The notes under the pieces were generated by a model. That model was not told the origin of the DNA. It worked only from the letters and a program-made list of their open reading frames with translations, and ran no database searches. The position numbers and the translations under genes were made by a program. Shown here piece by piece: positions 16,647-25,451 of a stretch of 32,000 bases of DNA. The DNA comes from Crocosphaera subtropica ATCC 51142 (GTDB lineage Bacteria > Cyanobacteriota > Cyanobacteriia > Cyanobacteriales > Microcystaceae). Within the stretch, counting starts at the first letter, position 1. Every line of letters starts with the position of its first letter. The DNA lies in contig NC_010546.1 in the NCBI RefSeq assembly GCF_000017845.1, forward strand, positions 2,820,001 through 2,852,000, written 5' to 3'.

Positions 16647-18989
16647 GTGATTAAGCTTTACTGGCTTTCTGAAATTAATTTACGGGATCGTCCCGTTGTT
16701 GGTGAAAAAGCATGGATGTTAAGTCAACTTAAACAAAGTGGCTACAATGTTTTTCCTGGTTTTGTGATTAGTTCTAGTGTATTTCGGGAGTTTCTGGATA
16801 ATTTGAATGATGTCAATTCATTATTGGCAGATTTTCCTGGATCGCCCCTTCATCTGGATGTAGATAATCCTCGAACATTACAATTAGTTGCTCAACAAAG
16901 TCGTCAATCTATTTTAAACCTATCGTTCCCGTCTCAATGGCGGAATATCTTAGCAGAAGCAACTACACAATTAGGAAGTGATACATTAATTTTACGCACT
17001 TCTTTAGGGGGAAGCTTTCCTCTCAATCAAGACATTTCTGGATTAACCCCTGCCCAAGTTTGTTGGAATGTTTCTGACAATATGGAAATTGCTATTAAGG
17101 AAATGTGGGCGCAACTCTTAAGTGCCAAAAGTTTATTTTATTGGCAACGTTTAGGGATTAAAATTCATACCTTAAATCTAGGTATTTTGGTTCAACCAAT
17201 GGTTAATGCTATTGCATCTGGTAGGATCATTAATCGGGTTAAATATTTTGACATTGAAGGAACTTGGGGACTCGGTTATAGCCTTCTTCAAGGGGATATT
17301 TTACCTGATTTCTGGCAAGTTAGCAGAGAATCTGGAGAAATCCTTGAGCAAAAATTAGGCAATAAAACTCGTGCTTATGGTTTAAAAGCAAAACTAGAAT
17401 TAACTGAATCGACAACAGAAAAATGTATAGAATCCCATGAACTTCATGATGATCAACAAGTTCAATATTGTTTAGACTCAGAAGAAATCTTACAAGCGAA
17501 TCAACTGGTTAATGATTTGCAAAATGATGCAATTACTTGGCATTCCTTAGAATGGATATTGTACCATTCTTCTGACTATTCATCTTCTAAATTAGCGATC
17601 GCTCAATTAATTCCTTTACCCTACAATTACTTAATTCCATTACCCGATGAGCAATCCCTTGACAACACCAAATCAAGGAGAAAAACGAATCAATCTCATT
17701 CTAAACTAATGGGTATTGGTGCAGCACCAGGACAAATTCAAGGGACTGTTTATCTGCTCAATGAGGATCATCATTCTAACTTAGTTGAGTTAACAAATAG
17801 TATTATTGTTACCCAAAAAATTCACCCTTTTCAATTATCTTCCATTAAACAAGCATCAGGGGTTATCACTGAAGAAGGGGGAATAACCAGTCATGCAGCT
17901 ATTTTAGCGAGGGAATTAGGCATTCCTGCTGTCGTGGGGGTTCCAGGGGCTACCAGTTGGTTACAAACGGGAGATTCTATTCTTTTGGATGGGGACAGTG
18001 GAACCATTATTTTGAATACAATAAATACATTAAACCAGCAACAAATCCCTCTTAAAACACCTGATTTGGCTTTAGAAAAACACAGCTTTTTAAATTACCC
18101 TATAGGCACTAAATTAATGGTTAATTTAAGTCAGGAGAGTTCATTAAGAAAAGTTAGGAATTTACCATTTGATGGGTTGGGGTTAATGCGTTCAGAATTA
18201 ATGTTATTAGATTTATGTACGCCTTATTCTCTAAGGGAATGGCTAACCAATTCTCAGCCTTATGAAATTGTTGAAAAACTACAACAAAGAATTAGTAAAT
18301 TTGCTGAGTTTTTTAATCCTTATCCTATTTTTTATCGCACTTTTGATGATAAATTTTCAGTTGATCAAGATCGTCGAGGAACCGCAGGGTATTGTCTTGA
18401 TTCTAGTTTATTTCGCTTAGAATTACAGGCTTTATCAGAAGTTCAGCAGCAAGGATATCAAAATCTCAATATTGTTTTACCTTTTGTGAGAACAGTTGAT
18501 GAATTCCGCTTTTGTCTTAATTTAATTGCAGAGTATAAGTTATTGTCTTCAGAACCATTTCAAGTCTGGATTATGGCAGAAGTTCCATCGATTATTTTTC
18601 AATTATCTGATTATGTTAAAGCAGGGGTACAGGGGATTGCAATTGGAACCAATGATTTAGTCCCCTTATTGCTAGGAATAGAACGTAATAAGTTACACTG
18701 GAAAGATATTTCTTTTGTGGATAAATCGGCTATTACAAAGGCTTTAAAACAGTTAATTCAAGAAGCCAATCGATTACAAATTCCTAGTTCTATTTGTGGT
18801 CAGATTGTAGTCAATTCTTCTAAAATTATTGAACAATTAATTGCTTGGGGAATTACAACTATTTCTGTAGAACCTGAAGCTATCGAGAAAACTTATCAGG
18901 CGATCGCCCGTGCAGAAAAACAAATAATTTTGAAATTAGCAAGAGAAAAAGTGTGGCTAAAAAGCGAAGAATTCCGTTCACTACTCTAA
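16647..18989 (+). CDS. PEP-utilising enzyme (PEP synthase / pyruvate phosphate dikinase-like), divergent
   Basis: N-terminal ATP-grasp-like region (RPVVGEKAWMLSQLKQSGYNVFPGFVI). Phosphohistidine swivel motif GGITSHAAILARELGIPAVVG. C-terminal PEP-binding TIM-barrel motifs (GLMRSE, IGTNDL, SICGQ). The GTG start is uncertain. Confidence 0.75.
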   Translation: MIKLYWLSEINLRDRPVVGEKAWMLSQLKQSGYNVFPGFVISSSVFREFLDNLNDVNSLLADFPGSPLHLDVDNPRTLQLVAQQSRQSILNLSFPSQWRNILAEATTQLGSDTLILRTSLGGSFPLNQDISGLTPAQVCWNVSDNMEIAIKEMWAQLLSAKSLFYWQRLGIKIHTLNLGILVQPMVNAIASGRIINRVKYFDIEGTWGLGYSLLQGDILPDFWQVSRESGEILEQKLGNKTRAYGLKAKLELTESTTEKCIESHELHDDQQVQYCLDSEEILQANQLVNDLQNDAITWHSLEWILYHSSDYSSSKLAIAQLIPLPYNYLIPLPDEQSLDNTKSRRKTNQSHSKLMGIGAAPGQIQGTVYLLNEDHHSNLVELTNSIIVTQKIHPFQLSSIKQASGVITEEGGITSHAAILARELGIPAVVGVPGATSWLQTGDSILLDGDSGTIILNTINTLNQQQIPLKTPDLALEKHSFLNYPIGTKLMVNLSQESSLRKVRNLPFDGLGLMRSELMLLDLCTPYSLREWLTNSQPYEIVEKLQQRISKFAEFFNPYPIFYRTFDDKFSVDQDRRGTAGYCLDSSLFRLELQALSEVQQQGYQNLNIVLPFVRTVDEFRFCLNLIAEYKLLSSEPFQVWIMAEVPSIIFQLSDYVKAGVQGIAIGTNDLVPLLLGIERNKLHWKDISFVDKSAITKALKQLIQEANRLQIPSSICGQIVVNSSKIIEQLIAWGITTISVEPEAIEKTYQAIARAEKQIILKLAREKVWLKSEEFRSLL

Positions 18990-19015
18990 TCTATTAATTA
19001 ATGAGTTGCTAATAA

Positions 19016-19270
19016 CTAGACTGTTTGTAATTCATGGGAAAGATAGCCAATAATAATTTGTTGATTGGTATCAGGATCTAGGAATAAAATTACCCCTTTT
19101 TGTTCATTTTCCTCAGTCTGAATAACCCCATAACCAATGCGATCTTCTTTCACTCCTTCGAGGAGTTTGACAAATAATCCTTCTTGAAAAGACAGCTTGT
19201 CATGATTTTGTACTTCTATGACTTCTTCTTGGAGTAAATAATCAAAGTTAATTCCATCAAAATCCACCAT
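19016..19270 (-). CDS. Small acidic hypothetical protein (84 aa)
   Basis: An ATG-initiated ORF in an otherwise empty interval. I recognise no motif. Confidence 0.4.
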   Translation of the reverse strand: MVDFDGINFDYLLQEEVIEVQNHDKLSFQEGLFVKLLEGVKEDRIGYGVIQTEENEQKGVILFLDPDTNQQIIIGYLSHELQTV

Positions 19271-19431
19271 AAAAACTCCTTAATAAAATCTTTATAATGA
19301 TTTTATCATGATCCCGTCAAATTTCTGTAGACATAATTCATGAATTGTTTACATAACGATGATAAGAGATCACATAGAATATGCTTATGTTAAGATATTG
19401 GGGTAAATTCTTATTATTTCTATTATTTTAA

Positions 19432-20055
19432 ATGGCAACTTTTTTAAGACCGTTAAGTTATCAATATCCTTGGTTATATAATACAATTTCTCGTTTAAGT
19501 GCTTTAGCTGTCGGTGGAGAAAAAAGATTTCGTAGTTTATCCCTTCAAGGGATTAATATTAACTCCAATACTAAAATTTTAGACCTTTGTTGTGGCAGTG
19601 GTCAAACCACTCAATTTTTAGTTCAAAAGTCTTTACAAGTGACTGGCTTAGACGCGTCTTCTACGGCTATTGAACGGGCAAAACAAGTCGTTCCCGAAGG
19701 GACCTATGTAGAAGCTTTAGCAGAAAAAATGCCTTTTTGTGATCAAGCATTCGATTTAGTTCATAGTAGTGTTGCCCTGCATGAAATGGAAACCGAACAA
19801 TTAAGGAAAATTCTTAAAGAAGTGTATCGAGTTCTTAAACCTGGCGGAATTTTTGCCTTTATTGATTTACATAAACCGACTAATGTTTTATTTTGGCCAT
19901 CTTTAGCAACATTTATGTGGTTATTTGAAACAGAAACCGCATGGAAATTGTTAGAAACTGATTTAGTAGATGAATTAAAAAAAGTTGGCTTTAGAAAGTG
20001 TGAACAAGAACTTTATGCAGGGGGAAGTTTACAAGTTATTCAAGCTCAAAAGTAA
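19432..20055 (+). CDS. Class I SAM-dependent methyltransferase
   Basis: Motif I ILDLCCGSGQTT, post-I LDAS, and motif III-like LKPGGIFAFIDL. Confidence 0.8.
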   Translation: MATFLRPLSYQYPWLYNTISRLSALAVGGEKRFRSLSLQGININSNTKILDLCCGSGQTTQFLVQKSLQVTGLDASSTAIERAKQVVPEGTYVEALAEKMPFCDQAFDLVHSSVALHEMETEQLRKILKEVYRVLKPGGIFAFIDLHKPTNVLFWPSLATFMWLFETETAWKLLETDLVDELKKVGFRKCEQELYAGGSLQVIQAQK

Positions 20056-20062
20056 ATATTAA

Positions 20063-20509
20063 TTACTGACTTTGTTGCGTTTTCATGGCATAATCTCTAA
20101 ATCTTTCTAAGTCAGCCATAATCGTTGATTCCACAATTCTTCCTAAAAATAAGTTATCCATTAACTTACCTAACCATCCTGGAATATCGTAGGCAACACT
20201 CAAACGAACAATACTACTACCTTGTCGATCATAAAAACGAATTGCCCCACGATTGGGTAAACCATCAACTGATTCCCATTGTATAATTTGATGGGGAATT
20301 ACCTTTAAAATTCTGGATAACCAAGTAAATTCAAACCCCCCACTTGCTAACTTCCAGCGTGATAATTCCGGATCTTCATCTAATACTTTAACCGAGTCGA
20401 TCCACTTCATCCATTGTGGCATTTGTTCTAAATCTGACCATAAGCTCCAAACTAATTCTATAGGAGCATCGACTTCAATTTGTACGCTATGTTCTAACCA
20501 ATGGGACAT
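20063..20509 (-). CDS. SRPBCC (cyclase/dehydrase-like) family protein
   Basis: About 148 aa. W-rich pattern VWSLWSDLEQMPQWMKWI..V....D...SRW is typical of polyketide-cyclase/SRPBCC small proteins. It lies immediately downstream of crtQ. Confidence 0.6.
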   Translation of the reverse strand: MSHWLEHSVQIEVDAPIELVWSLWSDLEQMPQWMKWIDSVKVLDEDPELSRWKLASGGFEFTWLSRILKVIPHQIIQWESVDGLPNRGAIRFYDRQGSSIVRLSVAYDIPGWLGKLMDNLFLGRIVESTIMADLERFRDYAMKTQQSQ

Positions 20510-20537
20510 TTTATATTTAGATAATAATTAAACATAG

Positions 20538-20554
20538 GGTGGGCATGGCCCACC
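20538..20554 (-). terminator. GC-rich hairpin GGTGGGC-ATG-GCCCACC between crtQ and the SRPBCC gene (possible intrinsic terminator or attenuator)
   Basis: Perfect 7-bp GC-rich stem 13 nt after the crtQ stop. On the minus strand it is followed by ctatgtttaattatt, which is only moderately T-rich. Confidence 0.45.
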
Positions 20555-20566
20555 GTCTTCGTTATT

Positions 20567-22039
20567 TTAGCGAATTGTAGAAACTTGGGGGGATTTTTTA
20601 AGGGTTTCTGCTTGTTCTAGGATAACTTGTGCTGCTTGTTTTCCTGAAATGGTTGCCCCTTCCATACTATCAATATAATCCTGTTGGGTGTAACTTCCTG
20701 CTAAGAAAAAGTTAGGAATAGGGGTAGCTTGAGACGGTCGATAAAGATCCATTCCTGGTGCTTCTCTGTACAAAGATTGAGCTAATTTAACCACACTATA
20801 CCAAGTCATATTTAACTCCCGTGAGGAAGGGAAAAGATCATGAACTTGTTGTAAAACATGATTAGCGATGTCTTCATTTTTTGCTTTAATAAAAGGATCA
20901 CCAGGAGTTAAAACTAACTGTAGCAACGATCCTTCTCCTGGTTTGTAATAATCTCCAGGACTACTTAAAGCCAAATCGGAAAAACAAGAAAAGTCTGCAT
21001 CAGCCGTATATAATAAATTATCAATTCCGGCTGCTTGTTGTAACTGTTTGCGCTTGTTTTCATCTTGTAATTCTGTTACCCAACCATCAAATCTTAGTTG
21101 GACAGTTGCCACAGGAACCGCATCCAGTTGATAGATATTATTAAACATAGAAAACTTACGCCAATGCTCAGGAATTAATCGTTGAATTCCAGGCACATCA
21201 CAAGCACAAACATAAGCATCTGCGGTAATCGTTTCTTCTTTTTCTCCATCAGGAATAATTAAACCTGTAACTTCAATTTTTTCGTTATTTTCTGTATATA
21301 AAATTTCTCTAACTCTACGTCTGGTATTAATTTTTACTCCACGACTTTCGAGATAGTTAGTAATGGGTTTATGGAGATATTCATGAGGAGATCCTTCTAA
21401 CATTCTCAGGATAGATGCCTCTGTTTTTGTCGCAAAAAAGAGAAAAATGGTTAACATACAACGGGCTGAAATATTCTCCGTATCAATAAAGCCTAACGCA
21501 TAGGCAATAGGGTTCCACATCCGTTTTAAACTGCCATCATTGCCCCCATGTTGCCGAAACCAGTCAGCAAAACTAATAGAATCAAGGTTACGAATGGTTT
21601 TCATTGCCCCTTCAAAGTTGAGTAACCCTGGTACTAGGGGACTGGTTCCCAACGCCAAAGAATTCGCTATCTTATCAATGGCAGAGAGTTGGGAGGTGGT
21701 AAAAAAAGCTTTTAACCCATGTAATGGCGCACCCACGGGAAAACGAAAGTCTAACTCGCCAATTTTCCCCCCACGATTAATAAAAGTGTGGGTGTGTTCC
21801 TTGAGGCGTAAATTATCGATCGCCCCTACTTTTCTCATCAAGGCAAAAAGATTATAATAGCAGCCAAAAAAGACGTGCAAACCCATTTCAATGTGATTTC
21901 CGTCTTTATCCACCCAGCTACCCACTTTTCCCCCCACAAAAGGACGAGATTCAAAGATTTCTACTTCGCAACCTGCATCCACTAAATCTATGGCCGTGGC
22001 CATACCCGCTAAACCAGCACCAACGATTGCAACTCGCAT
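20567..22039 (-). CDS. crtQ: Zeta-carotene desaturase
   Basis: [65 protein letters not shown] and the whole 490-aa layout match plant-type ZDS/CrtQ. Confidence 0.85.
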   Translation of the reverse strand: MRVAIVGAGLAGMATAIDLVDAGCEVEIFESRPFVGGKVGSWVDKDGNHIEMGLHVFFGCYYNLFALMRKVGAIDNLRLKEHTHTFINRGGKIGELDFRFPVGAPLHGLKAFFTTSQLSAIDKIANSLALGTSPLVPGLLNFEGAMKTIRNLDSISFADWFRQHGGNDGSLKRMWNPIAYALGFIDTENISARCMLTIFLFFATKTEASILRMLEGSPHEYLHKPITNYLESRGVKINTRRRVREILYTENNEKIEVTGLIIPDGEKEETITADAYVCACDVPGIQRLIPEHWRKFSMFNNIYQLDAVPVATVQLRFDGWVTELQDENKRKQLQQAAGIDNLLYTADADFSCFSDLALSSPGDYYKPGEGSLLQLVLTPGDPFIKAKNEDIANHVLQQVHDLFPSSRELNMTWYSVVKLAQSLYREAPGMDLYRPSQATPIPNFFLAGSYTQQDYIDSMEGATISGKQAAQVILEQAETLKKSPQVSTIR

Positions 22040-22307
22040 TCTTATAAGTTCCTTGTCTCATTTTCTTTACATATTTTAATAGAAAAGGGGAGTTTCTTAT
22101 CTCCTTAGATGAAATGAAGTGGTTATTGTCTTAATTTATATTTTCATTATCTGGAGGTTCATGCTCAAGTTCAACTCGTTCAGGTTGGGGTAATGATGTT
22201 TTTTCCTGTATATTCTCCATCGGTTCACTTTGACTCGGTTCTATTGCTCTTCGTGGAGATGTTGAGGTAGAAGGTTGTCTAGAGCCTTGAGGATTGTTAT
22301 TCCTTCG

Positions 22308-22339
22308 CTAATTCCTAATTCCTAATTCCTAATTCCTAG
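22308..22339. repeat. Heptamer tandem repeat (CTAATTC)x4 plus a partial unit
   Basis: Direct reading: ctaattc ctaattc ctaattc ctaattc ctag. This is the STRR-like short tandem repeat type common in cyanobacteria. Confidence 0.85.
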
Positions 22340-22403
22340 ACCTGAATCCTTACGTTTTTGTTCTGTCATTACCTAATTTGATAATCATTTCTGTTAGTTA
22401 ACT

Positions 22404-23018
22404 TTAAATACCAAAAATTTCTTTATCTAATTCAGATAAAATTTCATTAGCTGTATCAATTTTCGTTCTCAATTGTGATTTTTTGATTATATCGGACATC
22501 ATGAAAATTGATACTATCACTATACCCCCTAAGCTACCTATTACCCATCTGTTAGTAACCAGTTCATGAGCAGATTCTCTAACCCTTAAATTATCTTGTG
22601 CTGTTTTCTCAAGCCCGTTTTGACTACTTGTTATTCCACCTCCAGTTAACCCACTACTATGATTTTGTAATGATGTCTCAGTAGAGTATAGCGTGATAGT
22701 TGTCCACATTCCAAATGCACAAATTAACAGAAAAAAAACAATTATACCTACTTCAAAAATCAATCTTCTAGCTAATTGCTCTAACTTGACAATTGCTTTA
22801 TTTTTAGCTTGGTATAGGTCAGTTCTTGCTAATAATGCCTCATTATAAGCTTTTTCTTGATCACTATTTATTTCTTTTGGTAAATCGTTTTTGGATGCTG
22901 GATTGTCGAAAGATGACTTTTTCATTTCTGATTCTTGATTACTCTTATTTAAGTTGAGCCAATATTCTACGAGAGTTTGCGAATTCGACTTTGTCTTTTG
23001 ACTATAAATATTACGCAT
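22404..23018 (-). CDS. Hypothetical membrane protein: N-terminal polar/coiled-coil region plus two TM helices
   Basis: 204-aa ATG ORF with hydrophobic segments IFEVGIIVFFLLICAFGMWTTITLY and WVIGSLGGIVIVSIFMM. I recognise no family motif. The start could instead be Met32. Confidence 0.5.
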   Translation of the reverse strand: MRNIYSQKTKSNSQTLVEYWLNLNKSNQESEMKKSSFDNPASKNDLPKEINSDQEKAYNEALLARTDLYQAKNKAIVKLEQLARRLIFEVGIIVFFLLICAFGMWTTITLYSTETSLQNHSSGLTGGGITSSQNGLEKTAQDNLRVRESAHELVTNRWVIGSLGGIVIVSIFMMSDIIKKSQLRTKIDTANEILSELDKEIFGI

Positions 23019-23078
23019 TTTGAATCTTCCTTTAATTTTTTTTATATGTTTATTTATACTTAAAAAGATAAAAGAATA

Positions 23079-23113
23079 AATATAATTAATATTATCTTAA
23101 TATTAATTATATT
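23079..23113. promoter_or_regulatory. Perfect 15+15 bp AT-only palindrome AATATAATTAATATT-atctt-AATATTAATTATATT
   Basis: The arms were verified as exact reverse complements. It lies 61-95 bp upstream of the 204-aa ORF start and 46 bp downstream of the NnrU stop. Confidence 0.5.
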
Positions 23114-23158
23114 GAGTGAAGATTACAAAAGACAACTTATTTAACAAGTTAGGGAATT

Positions 23159-23875
23159 TTACCAAGGCACTCTAGATGTAACTTGCATCAACCAAGGATG
23201 ACCCCACCACAGTAAAGCCACAAACCCTAAAACCCCTACATAAGCAGGACGTAAAAATTCCTCCCATTTTAGGGTTTGACGACCGTCTAAGACGGCTAAC
23301 AAGGGAATAATGGAGGTTCGATCCTTCACCTTCACAAAAGCGTCTCCATAGCGTTTTTTGAGGCGATAGTCCCCATGCCAAACCGCAAATAAATGATGAG
23401 CCACTAAACCTAGAGAAGTGACCAAAGTAAACGTCGTACCGAGCCACAACGTATGGGCAATACACCAGATCACTTGTCCCACCATTTGGGGATGACGACA
23501 CACCCTTAAAATACCGGTTTCGTAGAGATGGACTTGAGGTTTAGCGATCGCAGCAATTTCTAAAAGATTAAAGGTTGCTGGATACAGAAACAAGAAAGAG
23601 ATCACAGACAACACCCAAACTGTGGCCTTAACCCCTGGTACTCCCTGGACTTGCCACAACATCAGGCCATCATAACGATGATTAAAAAAGTACACAATCA
23701 AAATAGTTGCTAAAGGAATACTCACCAAAGCAAACAGTACCCGATACAATCTTGGCCCAATTTTTGCCTCTCCCCAAGGCCGTAAAGCAGCTAGTCCACT
23801 ATGAGCTATAGCAAATCCTAACAATAGTGCTAATATAATCCCATGACTAGGGGTTAACCAGGTGGGTAGTCCCAT
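23159..23875 (-). CDS. NnrU-family membrane protein (candidate 15-cis-zeta-carotene isomerase, Z-ISO-like)
   Basis: 238 aa and polytopic, with His-rich helices (CRHPQMVGQVIWCIAHTLWLG, LVAHHLFAVWHGDYR) typical of NnrU. It lies near crtQ. Confidence 0.65.
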   Translation of the reverse strand: MGLPTWLTPSHGIILALLLGFAIAHSGLAALRPWGEAKIGPRLYRVLFALVSIPLATILIVYFFNHRYDGLMLWQVQGVPGVKATVWVLSVISFLFLYPATFNLLEIAAIAKPQVHLYETGILRVCRHPQMVGQVIWCIAHTLWLGTTFTLVTSLGLVAHHLFAVWHGDYRLKKRYGDAFVKVKDRTSIIPLLAVLDGRQTLKWEEFLRPAYVGVLGFVALLWWGHPWLMQVTSRVPW

Positions 23876-23989
23876 GTTATTAATTGTTCCTCTTAAATGT
23901 TGTGATCAATTGTCTGACTGTTAACTATCGTAAAGTAAATTGATCCCCGTGTTGTGCTACTGTCATCATCAGTAAGAGTTACTTTAAAG

Positions 23990-24010
23990 CAGTGAACAGT
24001 GAACAGTGAC
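23990..24010. repeat. Heptamer tandem repeat CAGTGAA CAGTGAA CAGTGAC
   Basis: Direct reading in the NnrU/rbcR divergent intergenic region. Confidence 0.8.
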
Positions 24011-24106
24011 CAATAAATTTATTTAACTGGTACTTGAACATAGCTCAGTACCAGGAACTGGTAACTGATAACTCGTAACTGATAAAATCCCTTTTTTGAT
24101 AAACCT

Positions 24107-25108
24107 ATGTCGGATATTCCTTTCACCTTAGATCAATTGCGGATCCTCAAAGCGATCGCTGCTGAGGGGAGTTTTAAACGAGCAGCTGATACATTGTATG
24201 TGTCTCAACCTGCGGTTAGTCTGCAAGTGCAGAATTTGGAAAAACAGTTAAACGTACCCTTATTTGATCGTGGTGGACGTAAAGCACAGTTAACAGAAGC
24301 GGGTCATTTATTACTCTCCTATGGGGAAAAAATAATTACTCTCTGTCAAGAAACCTGTCGGGCGATCGAAGATTTACAAAATCTTCAGGGGGGAACGTTA
24401 ATTGTGGGTGCGTCTCAAACCACAGGAACCTATCTTTTACCCCGTATGATTGGTTTATTCCGACAAAAATACCCTGATGTGGCGGTACAGCTACAGGTTC
24501 ACTCTACTCGACGAACCTCTTGGGGTGTAGCCAATGGACAGGTTGATCTGGCTATTATTGGGGGTGAAGTTCCGGCAGAATTACAAGATACTTTGAAAAT
24601 TATTCCCTATGCTGAGGATGAACTGGCCTTAATTTTGCCAGTTGATCATGCTTTAGCTAAAGTTGAGACTGTTCAAAAAGAAGATTTATATCGTCTCAAT
24701 TTTATTAGTTTAGATGCTCAATCAACCATTCGTAAGGTAATTGATAAAGTTTTAACTCGGTGTGGTATTGATACAAAACGCCTTGCCATTGAAATGGAAT
24801 TAAATTCTATTGAAGCCATTAAAAATGCAGTACAAGCAGGGTTAGGGGCTGCTTTTGTTTCTATTACCGCTATTGAAAAAGAGGTCAAAATGGGAGAAAT
24901 TTATGTGGCTACCCTTGAAGAAGTTAAAGTGAGAAGAACATTATCGGTCATTATTAATCCAAATCGTTATCGTTCTAAAGCAGCAGAGGCTTTTATTCAA
25001 GAAGTATTACCAGAGTTTTCTACCTATCCTGAAAAACTTACTTTAGAACACTTTTCTCCATCTCCCAATATTCTCAAAGAGGTGGTTGATAATGTTGCTC
25101 AAGCTTAA
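24107..25108 (+). CDS. rbcR: LysR-type transcriptional regulator, Ycf30/RbcR-like
   Basis: N-terminal w[53 protein letters not shown] closely resembles the plastid/cyanobacterial Ycf30 (RbcR) group. A LysR substrate-binding domain follows. Confidence 0.7.
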   Translation: MSDIPFTLDQLRILKAIAAEGSFKRAADTLYVSQPAVSLQVQNLEKQLNVPLFDRGGRKAQLTEAGHLLLSYGEKIITLCQETCRAIEDLQNLQGGTLIVGASQTTGTYLLPRMIGLFRQKYPDVAVQLQVHSTRRTSWGVANGQVDLAIIGGEVPAELQDTLKIIPYAEDELALILPVDHALAKVETVQKEDLYRLNFISLDAQSTIRKVIDKVLTRCGIDTKRLAIEMELNSIEAIKNAVQAGLGAAFVSITAIEKEVKMGEIYVATLEEVKVRRTLSVIINPNRYRSKAAEAFIQEVLPEFSTYPEKLTLEHFSPSPNILKEVVDNVAQA

Positions 25109-25331
25109 CCTAAACCTATTTATCCCTCTTCCCATACTTGTGAGGTACAAAAGTGATCTCGAAGAGATCCGCTTCGCGGTGCGCTTTGAGGCAGGAGGCA
25201 GGTGTTAGGTGTACCTTATGAGTCCGAGAAACCCTATATTTGAATTAACTATTAATAATTTAAGTTAAGCTTAAAACAAATTTTCTTTTCTCACTCTTTC
25301 CTCTCTCCTGCATATCTATTCCCTGTTCCCC

Positions 25332-25373
25332 GTTCCCTCCCTAAAGAAGCTTCGTTTGAGCGAAGGTGCAAGA
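25332..25373. repeat. Second copy of the 42-nt module GTTCCCTCCCTAAAGRAGCTTCGTTTGAGCGAAGGTGCAAGA
   Basis: 41/42 identical to 8922-8963, in the same orientation. It contains the small hairpin CTTCG-TTTGAG-CGAAG. Confidence 0.8.
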
Positions 25374-25451
25374 GTGATTATTAGCTCTTGATAGATTCTC
25401 TCTAAGATGCCTTAAAGTAGTAAAGAAATGAAATTTTTACTGAATCCAAAC

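Noticed and set aside
16647-18989. A second intein in the PEP-synthase-like gene
   Set aside because: There is no Cys/Ser-initiated insert ending in His-Asn followed by Cys/Ser/Thr, and no endonuclease motifs. The long linker is low-complexity sequence, not an intein.
21540-21857. 105-aa plus-strand ORF
   Set aside because: It is antisense inside crtQ. This is the relatively GC-rich part of the window, where long spurious antisense ORFs are expected.
22131-22220. 29-aa minus-strand ORF (MENIQEKTSLPQPERVELEHEPPDNENIN) upstream of crtQ
   Set aside because: It is too short, it has no recognisable ribosome-binding site that I could see, and the upstream frame is closed by a stop within the heptamer repeat. 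I cannot support it without conservation data.
23172-23501. 109-aa minus-strand ORF
   Set aside because: It is an alternative frame nested in the NnrU gene.
22308-24010. Possibility that the short tandem repeats represent a CRISPR array
   Set aside because: The units are 7 nt and directly abutting, with no spacers. No repeat-spacer periodicity of 25-40 nt occurs anywhere in the window, and there are no cas genes.
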